Of a stretch of DNA of 64,000 nt, positions 50,201-58,215 are shown piece by piece. A program made the translations under genes and the position numbers. Each line of letters opens with the position of its first letter. Positions within the stretch are counted from its first letter, which is position 1. Location: assembly GCA_905178155.1 (NCBI GenBank), contig CAJINV010000003.1:3210260-3274259 (forward strand), written 5' to 3'. This DNA comes from Amoebophrya sp. A120. Lineage: Eukaryota; Protista; Dinoflagellata. The notes below the pieces were generated by a model, which saw nothing but the letters and a program-made list of their open reading frames with translations, was not told where the DNA came from and searched no databases.

Positions 50201-51310
50201 ACGACGGTTACTACCACCACAACCACCAGCGCAACAACAACTTCTACCACCACAACATCAACCGCCACCGCGATCGATATCACGCCGGCGAACGGGACAG
50301 ATGCCACCAGTATGGCAAGCGACTACGGGGACAAGCTCGCGGCCAACCTCTTGGACGGAAACTTCGACCACTTCGTACTACAATGAAAAATGCCCCCTCC
50401 CCATATCAAAACGGAAATCTGTGATGCAGATTTGTGGTCACAAATCAGCTCTGTGATGCTAGAAGGCAAAAGATGCGGACTGTCGTGCTGTCTAGTGTGG
50501 GAAAGCCTTGCAGCTCCCGGATGACAAAAGGCAACTGGAAGTGGGAAACAGCATGACAGATTACCTGCGACTTAGGTCGCAGCTTCGTCTCTTGGCCTTC
50601 TAGCAATACAAGTCGATTTGTGTACTCAAATACAGCATCGGGCTGCTGACTGTTCCACCTCTTCCGAGTGCGATCATGTTACGCCTCACGCCTCAAATAC
50701 AGCATCACAAATTCGCGCGTCTTCCGTTTCCGATATGGGGTGGGGGCTTTTTTCACTATGATACTTCGCGAACACGGACAAGCACACGTGCCCGTTCGCG
50801 CAGATCGACCTGGGCGCTGAGATGACGGTGACGAGCGTGAATGTGACGTCGGCGCTGAAGGTAGGATGGATGCGGCGCATGTTCTTCGTTCGCGAGGACT
50901 GGAACGACGACGCTTGGGGCAGCGACGCGATGGATAGTAATGTGACAAGGGACCACGGAGTTCGTGTCATTGTCGCGTCAACGCCGCGGTCGAGTGCGGC
51001 CACCTGTAGCTACGCAGGGCAAACACACCACAAGTGTGCGAAGACAGCCGACGGGCCGGTCTGTCCGACTACACCCGCTGACGAAATTTGTGAAACGATC
51101 AAGTACGACAGTGGCGCAGGTGTGGCCCGCTTTGTTGCTAACACTGGTACCAGCGCCGACTACGGCACGGCGACCTTCCACTGCGGCGGTGGGAAAACGG
51201 GCCGATACGTGGTGATAGAGAGTCCGGGAGCGCAGGTGGGCGAGTTGCGAACGCTGATGGCGAACGAAGTCAAGATCTACGGAACTAGTGCAACAAGTAA
51301 TGCACGGTGA
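47219..51310 (+). CDS. Secreted mucin-like glycoprotein with (SP)n and Thr tracts and a C-terminal F5/8-type-C/fucolectin-like domain; interrupted by element E4
   Basis: Signal peptide MRCFALFIWVLLPLGATG. After E4 removal the sequence reads ANLLDGNFDHFANTDKHTCPFAQIDLG...GRYVVI...L..NEVKIYG, typical of discoidin/F-type lectin folds. Confidence 0.8.
48271..48620 (+). repeat. Coding tandem repeat (CCGTCY-CCCAGT)n encoding Ser-Pro dipeptides
   Basis: 12-bp unit directly visible, with occasional Thr variants. Confidence 0.95.
50376..50763. mobile_element. Introner/MITE-like element E4 (non-canonical intron, 393 nt removed); same TIR family as E3
   Basis: Imperfect TIRs of about 40 bp (tactacaatgaaaaatgccccctccccatatcaaaacggaa / ttccgtttccgatatggggtgggggcttttttcactatgata). 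Flanking duplication CTTCG at 50371..50375 and 50764..50768. Confidence 0.93.
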
Positions 51311-51714
51311 GATTCGAAAGAAAAATTGAAACAATAACAAACTGAAACTTGTTCTGCGTGTACGATGTCGATAAGGCACGGACGGATAACTCGATGAAAA
51401 TCCGGCTACTTGAACTTTTCCAATGTACGATGCTGAACTTCTTGTTACCACCGAGGAACGATTTGATTCGAGAATGAAAATGCAAAGAAAATATTTTGAA
51501 TTTTAGAGCTATTTTCTCCGCGAAAAATTCTGACTCGTTGAAAGAGTTCAAATCTAGAGGACGAAGAATTTCCGCAAGGACACAATCTTTAGGCTCAACA
51601 TTAGATCGGTCGCGGTTGAGATTTGATTGTTCGAGCGCATAAATATCATTTGTTTTACCGGAACGATACCTAGTTATTTAGAACCCGAGGTACTATCAGC
51701 GCGCCTAGTCCACC

Positions 51715-52914
51715 ATGCGAAAAATCTCTACTCTCCTCTTGATTCCCTTCAGTTCGTGCATCATCTATTTTTTCGGTGTACGGCCAACACCAGGACCGGA
51801 CTTGGGACGGGACTTTCGTATTTACCAACCGACTCCGTGGTACTGGGAGCAAGCAGTTGCGCGAAACCGTAGTGTGGTTCCTGTTAGGTCCGTTCACGAT
51901 TTCAAGCCGGATCTGCAGGGAAAAGTGGCTATTGTCACCGGCAGCAGCTCCGGTATCGGCCGTGCTGTCGCCAAGGAGCTGTTCCTCCGCGGCTGCGCCG
52001 TGGTCATCACGTCGCGGAGCCGGCAGCGATCCGAGAAGGCAGCTAGCGACATGGTGCGAGAAGTGAGCGAACGGGGGGTGGATCAACAAAGTAAAGCCCG
52101 TTTAGTGGGTGTGGGATTCGATTTGAGCGACCTAGAAGACGTGCGGAAGTTCGTCGCGAATTTCACGGAGGCGTTCCAGAGGTTGGACTTTCTGAGCACG
52201 AATGCGGGGATGACGGCACTTTTGGCCGGGTGGAGCGGACCGTGGGAAAGTCCGCAAAAGTACGAAATGCTCTACGCCGCCAACTACCTCGGACACTTTC
52301 TCTTGCTGCAGCTGCTGCTCCCGTTTTTGAAAAAAACTCCCGGCGCAAGGGTGGTGGCAACGTCGTCGATCATGCATTGGCAGCACGACAGCGACTTGGA
52401 TTCGCTTCTGCCGTCGAGGAATAAAAAACGCAGCGACGAGCACGCGTGGCCTTGGACGAAGCTGAACCAGTATGGCAACACGAAGTTGCTGCAAGTCCTA
52501 ATGTGTTTCGAGATGCAGAGGCGGATTCCTGAGGTCCCCTGTGTACCGGTAGCGCCAGGGCTGATCTCTACTGCCATAGGAAACCAGAAATTGCAAGCGC
52601 GCGACGGCGTCGATCAGTGGATCCCGGTCGTTAGCAAATCTCCTTTCGACGGCGCGCAGACGACGATGCACGCGCTCTTAGCTTCCGAAGAAGAAGGGAA
52701 GAATAACACTGCCGGGGTCTTCCTTCAACCGTATTACAGTCCGCTGCACTTTGGAAGACCACTTTTTCCGTTCGGGGCCGTACTATGGGAGCCATTCACG
52801 CAGCATTTGATGTGGGGGCTGCACAAGTGGGTAGCACATGCGGACGCCTACAACAGAACCTTCGCGGAAATCTTATGGAAAGAATCAATGGAAGCATGTG
52901 GGCTACCAAACTAA
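51715..52914 (+). CDS. Short-chain dehydrogenase/reductase (retinol dehydrogenase/WWOX-like)
   Basis: VAIVTGSSSGIG (TGxxxGIG), NAG, NYLGHFLL, YGNTK (YxxxK) and an N-terminal hydrophobic anchor. Confidence 0.92.
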   Translation: MRKISTLLLIPFSSCIIYFFGVRPTPGPDLGRDFRIYQPTPWYWEQAVARNRSVVPVRSVHDFKPDLQGKVAIVTGSSSGIGRAVAKELFLRGCAVVITSRSRQRSEKAASDMVREVSERGVDQQSKARLVGVGFDLSDLEDVRKFVANFTEAFQRLDFLSTNAGMTALLAGWSGPWESPQKYEMLYAANYLGHFLLLQLLLPFLKKTPGARVVATSSIMHWQHDSDLDSLLPSRNKKRSDEHAWPWTKLNQYGNTKLLQVLMCFEMQRRIPEVPCVPVAPGLISTAIGNQKLQARDGVDQWIPVVSKSPFDGAQTTMHALLASEEEGKNNTAGVFLQPYYSPLHFGRPLFPFGAVLWEPFTQHLMWGLHKWVAHADAYNRTFAEILWKESMEACGLPN

Positions 52915-53662
52915 CACGGGTATGTATCTCGTAAACTTGAAATGCAAACCCACACACAGGGACAAGATGAAAAGAACAATCAATCCCCCACAAAAACGAA
53001 ATACAAAGAACAATCCACATCTTTTGAGCACTTCAAAAAATCCAAAATCCTTTCAAACACCTTTCCGAACCAATGAATGAAATTGATTCTGATACAAAAA
53101 AACATCTTCATAATCAAAGAGATTTTGGATTTTTTTTCTTCTTTTTTCTCCAGGTCAATTCTCGAGTCGAAAATAAAGATATTGATTCTCTTTTTAATTA
53201 ATTATGGTTACAGCTTGAGCAGCTGTTAATTCCTTGGGCGCGTAAGTTGTTGGTATGATGCTGGTATTTGGTGCTAGCAAAACCGAATTCGTTGCGACTT
53301 CCGGCGATTTCTGAAAATGAACGAGAGCAACGATATCGCACGACTAAAATTGATGCTTTGGCTCCTTGCGCGTGCAACAAAAAAAAAGGCTTTGAACGAA
53401 TGGAATCAGCGACTTATCAATAACGACGGACGGCGACGACAAGCGCAGACCGGCATTTGTACCCCGCCCCGGGAGGCGGCGCCGAACCACGTCCAGTGAT
53501 ACCGAGGCGAAAATAACAGAACACGCAAGGGCGGCGGGGAGATGCGTGACAGCCTGCACGCTGTCCAGGATCCCACGCTGTTACTCCCGAGTCTAGGAGC
53601 AGGCTCCTCGAGTGTCTGTTCTCAGATTCAGACACAGACACTCTCCGTTTTTTTTTGGTTAT

Positions 53663-53867
53663 CATTTTTTTGGTTATTATAAAAATTGGCTATCATAAAA
53701 AACACGCCGCGCCTGCGGTCTTGGTGGCGGTCAGGTTGTGCCTGCAGGCCAAAGACATTAGCATTTTTTTGATTATTATAAAAATTGGCTATTAATTATA
53801 AAAAACACGCCGCGACTGCGGTCCTGGTAGCGGTCGGGTTGTGCCTGCAGACCAAAGACAAGATTAG
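53663..53867. repeat. Tandem duplication of about 100 bp in the strand-switch region
   Basis: Units start at 53663 and 53762 (catttttt..ttattataaaaattggctat..aacacgccgcg..gttgtgcctgcag..ccaaagaca). Confidence 0.9.
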
Positions 53868-53976
53868 TATAAAAAAGTGACTAGTGCTCGCGCAAAGTAT
53901 AAAAAAGCGCCGAGGTTGCGACGGCAAACGAACGCAATCAAGACGGGGGCGCCACGTCAGCGAAGAAGCCGCCGCC

Positions 53977-56302
53977 CTACCGCTTTCCTGCATCCTCCTG
54001 GCCTCCTTCTTCTTCGCTGCTCATGTTGCTGGAACTTCCCGCCTCGCTCGCCGTCTGCTCCCGGCGGCCAAGGAGCAACGCCGCGTCCTGCTCCTCGTCC
54101 TCCTCGGGATCCAACTCGCTGTCCAGACGGCGCGCCGTCCATCTTTCGCGGCGGCGCTCCTGCTTTCGCCTCTTCGACGAAGGGTCGAAGAGGTCTTCGT
54201 CTTCCGGGGAGCTATAGACTATGTAGTCCGAGGGCGGCTCTGGAGAGCTATAGATTATATAGTCGGAGAGCGACTCCTCGTAGTCCGCTTCGGTGAACAA
54301 CTCCTTGAACTGCTTCTCCTGCACCTGCTCCAGTGCGTCGGCGATAGGTTTGCTCTTGTACCTGCTCGCGTGCGTGACACACCAGTAGGGCGTGGGCCAC
54401 CGTACTTCAGTGTGCTCCGGGGCAGCATACCAACCTTCCGGAAGCTTCGCGGCGACGCGTTTGTTCGGTGGCAGCAGTACAGTCACCTGCGTGAGTGTTC
54501 GGTGGCAACAGTACCAGACTAAGGCGCTCATGCTTTCCGACACTCATAAATGAAAACAGAGGCGAACAATCTAGATCTACAGCAACATCTACCTGCTGGG
54601 TGTAGCCCATCGCGCGCAATTCCCCCTCCGTCGTGAAACCCTTGCGAACCTTTTCGCCCTCGCGCGCAACCTTGGAAAACGACCGCCAGTCGATGTTGTG
54701 CTTCAACTCGATCTGGAACACCTCCTCCTCGGAGGCCTCGGGCTCCGCGTCGTGGAATCGCTTCGGGATATCAGCCTCCCAAGGGCCGCGGCTGCGAACC
54801 TCACCGTCCAAGAGCCGCTTATACACCCCGACCGTGCGCTTCTCGTCTTGTTCTCTACGGTACGACCGCGCCATAACGGCGACAAGATGGCCTTCCAGGT
54901 GTTCTTGCAGTACGTTCACTGCTTCTGCGGTGATGGCAAAAAATGGCGGGGCCTGCTCGGGCTCGCCATTAACGGCGGAGGCAGTGCTTGAGTCGAGGTC
55001 CTGGTCGGACTCGGCCGCCGGGTCGTGGTCCTCGGCCGTGTCCTCTACCGCATGGTCCAAAATGTCCGTGATCAGCGCGCGCATCAACTTTTTGGAAAAC
55101 CCGTGGAAGCGGCCGGGCTGCCGTAGTTTCTTCTTCCCAGTCTCGGGGTTGACGACGTATTCCTCGTATTCGTCTGCGACCACCTGCCACCGCGCCCCGC
55201 CCCGCACCACAAACTTCCCGCCCTGTTCGTCCGCTTGAATCTCTTCGTCGCTGTGATGCACCACCTCCTCCTCGCTTTCCCAGCTGTCGGAGGAATCCGA
55301 GTCGGGTGCGGCGGCTTTGCCCTTCGCGGGCGCGGCGGCGTTTTTCTTCGCGGGCGCGGCGGCTTTGCTCTTCTTTGCTGCGGGCTTTCGGCCTGGCCGC
55401 TTCTTTGGTGCCGGCTTCGCCGCCTTGCTGCTCGCCGCCTTTCTGGCCTCGCAATGCTGAAGCAAATGCGCCGGCAGGTCTTCTGGGATCAGACCCTGCA
55501 TGAGCTTTTGTTGTTGCGCGCTGGAAATGAAGAACAGCTCCTGCCCGTCGATTCCCCAGTAGTCTTCGAAGACAGAGGGATCGCCCCACTTCGGTTCGAC
55601 CGAAACCTCCTGCGGCTCGTCGCAGCAATCCCCATCGGAAACCTCCACAGACCAGGCCTCTAGAGCTGCGTCGTCGTCGAGGAAGAAATAAGCCTGCTCC
55701 TGCGCGAAGCTTACGCCGTCAATACCCTGCCGCATTTTTTGGGAGATAAGACACTTGTCGCGAATGAATTCCTGCAGCTTGTTCTCCAGCTTCTGAACGC
55801 AAATCATCCGCGCGGCCGTCGGGGGGCGGGTCCTGCGCTGGGGCTGCCGGCTAATCACCAGCTGGTTAGCGTACAGCCCGGGCGACCTACCGCTGTTCAA
55901 AACTTTCCGCCGGAAGTTTTGAAAGTGCGGTGAGCTCGGTCGCTTCGAAGCGGCGTGGTTGCGAAGCGGCAGTCGGGGGGCTGGAGCTGCGGCTGGGGTG
56001 CTGCTCGCGGCAAGGCTGCGGCCGGGCTTGTTTTGGTTTGAGCTGCTGGAGCCGGGCTGATTTTGATCGGCGCTTGCGCTGCTTGAGCTGCGGCCGGGCT
56101 CCTGTGGGGCCGGCATCGACATCGTGCGGCGGATCCTTCTCAGCTCGGTGTCGACCTCCTTCGGATCTATCTTGCTCGGAAGAGGACACTGCCCGTCAAA
56201 GGGGGAGAAGAACTTCTTGCGCGGAACCTGCGGGCCGTCGTCGTCCCACAGCCCTGGGACCTCCCAGAGGGGGAAGGTTGTGCCGTTGACAACATGCGTC
56301 AT
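53977..56302 (-). CDS. Orphan protein with a K/A-rich segment and possible H3-like histone fold; complement(join(53977..54486,54593..56302))
   Basis: A 106-nt CAG|GT..CAG|GT intron (54487..54592) joins the two ORFs in frame. Further upstream exons are possible. Confidence 0.7.
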
Positions 56303-57100
56303 CTCAACAACTACAAGCGTTTCACTTTAGCACCTACCTACTTACTTGGCCGATGATCCCTACCTATTTTATTTCTATGCTTTGCGTACTCCCTCGCGCG
56401 CTTTTTGCTCTGTGTATGGTTGTCACAACTAGCATCGCACTTTTGTGCTCTAATCCCGCCGGCGGTATGACGTGGCCTGTACTTCTTAGTGCACTAATCC
56501 CGCCCGGCGGTGTGATCTGACTCATATCTGTAGCTCGGCGGGTCCAGTTTGCTGGTGGATCTCGCTCTGCGTGGTTTGCGGCTCTTTCTCTTTTTCATTT
56601 CTACACGTGCGAACATTGCGACCAAGTAGCGGCCCGGGCGCTGCTGTTCTTCTGAGCGGCGTCGCTCATCTAAGAGCGATTCATCGGAGAAGCTACTTCC
56701 AGCTATGATGACGATCTCACTTAGCAAATCTAGCAACTTCATGCGACGCTCAGAATATGACGACACAAAAGCCAGAAAAGCACGTTCCAAAAAGTGCCAT
56801 GCATGTTGTGCGGACTCCTTTGAGGAGCAGGACTATAAAGCGGCGACGTTTTTCCATTCAGTTGCCACTCTTTTCGTGAAGACCTCATCATACAGTACTC
56901 GATAGTTTGTGGAGCAGGGATATTCTGAAAAGGAAAACACAACAATGATTACGCTATGCCGAAACTGAAAACGTCTGCTATGAATATGATAGTCAGAAGG
57001 AGGAAAGTATATCGATATAAGCGAAGAGAAAATAACTTTGCTGACCGAAGTACTGCAACACAAACGATGGCCATGCAGACGGGTACTGAGAGATCTCTCT

Positions 57101-58008
57101 CTAGAACATGTTCGCGCGAAAGCCACTGGGGCGCTGTTCTCCTGCCAGCGGGGCGCTGTTGTCCTCCTCCTCCGCGTTAGTGTGCGGCACTTGGAGTTTG
57201 CTGACCTTCGCCGCGAATCTGCTGAACCACGCCGCGGCCAGTGGCTGCAACCGGTACCACGGGAGCCCGGTCGGGCGCCGGCACGTGGCCTTCAGGGCCA
57301 GCACCTCCCTCCTGGAGGGGAGGAACCCCGCGCCGGACGCGCGCCGGTACGCTTCCTCCATCTCGTGGATTTCTTCCCGACACAATAGCCGGAACACAGC
57401 CTCGCCCGCTCTGTTGACGTTCTCAAACATGGACCGGATGCACTGGACATTGTCGCCGCTTAGGTGCGGACTAATCAGGCCGCTGATGGTCTGCGCCCGG
57501 GCGTTCCATTCGAACGGAATACCGTAACGCTTCCAGTCCATGGGACGGAGGAACCCGTTGTTGGCCAAACAGATAACGGAGTCCGCTTTGTCGGCGGTCC
57601 ATTGGGTCGCGCCCGGGGTCCTGATGTGGAAGTTGTGGTTGAGGGACTATAAGTGTTGGGGGACTAGCAACAAAGAAGAACAGCGAAGCAGAGCAACACA
57701 AGGCCCTGCGCATGCTTAGCATAGCAACACAAGTACCATTTCCGGTAGTCATCCAAGGAGGCGCGCGATAAGGCTGCGGCATCCGCCCCCAGAATGTCAT
57801 CCAGTTCCTCCGGCGAGGGCAACTCTTCCACGTACGACCGTGGTGCCGGTGGTACCTCCGTCAAGTAGCAGCCAAGCTGCTCATGGTGCGGGAGCTTATC
57901 CCACGAAAGGGCCCGGTATCTCTCATGCAGGCGCGCGACACAGTTCAGCTCCGACAAGAGCTTGTCGATGACGCGAGCCGACTCGATTGCCGCCTGGAGG
58001 AGCACCAT
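57101..58008 (-). CDS. Orphan protein, at least two exons, junction near 57647-57736 uncertain
   Basis: Two coding-like minus-strand ORFs separated by a T-rich (on the minus strand) intron-like stretch. No recognisable domain. Confidence 0.45.
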
Positions 58009-58215
58009 TATCTGCCGACTCAACGTCCACGTTTTCTTCTGTTGTAGTGGTCAAGAGTCGTTTTTTTTTGGCGCTGTTGCGGTAAGTGCTAACGTTGGTG
58101 TCAGTATGGTGGTGCTAGCGCCACAGTATCAGTATCTCTAGTTCTTGCGTTATTGCGATAGTTTCCGCCCTCTTCGGAAGACGGGCGAACAACAAGAAAA
58201 CAGCCGCGGGGGCGC

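Noticed and set aside
47900-50307. Long antisense and alternate-frame ORFs (GDGL, ETDW, poly-V repeats)
   Set aside because: These are shadows of the SP and Thr repeats on the + strand.
57648-57736. Possible GT-TA|G non-canonical intron without TIRs
   Set aside because: An alternative in-frame GT donor further along can use the AG at 57647-57648, so a canonical solution exists.
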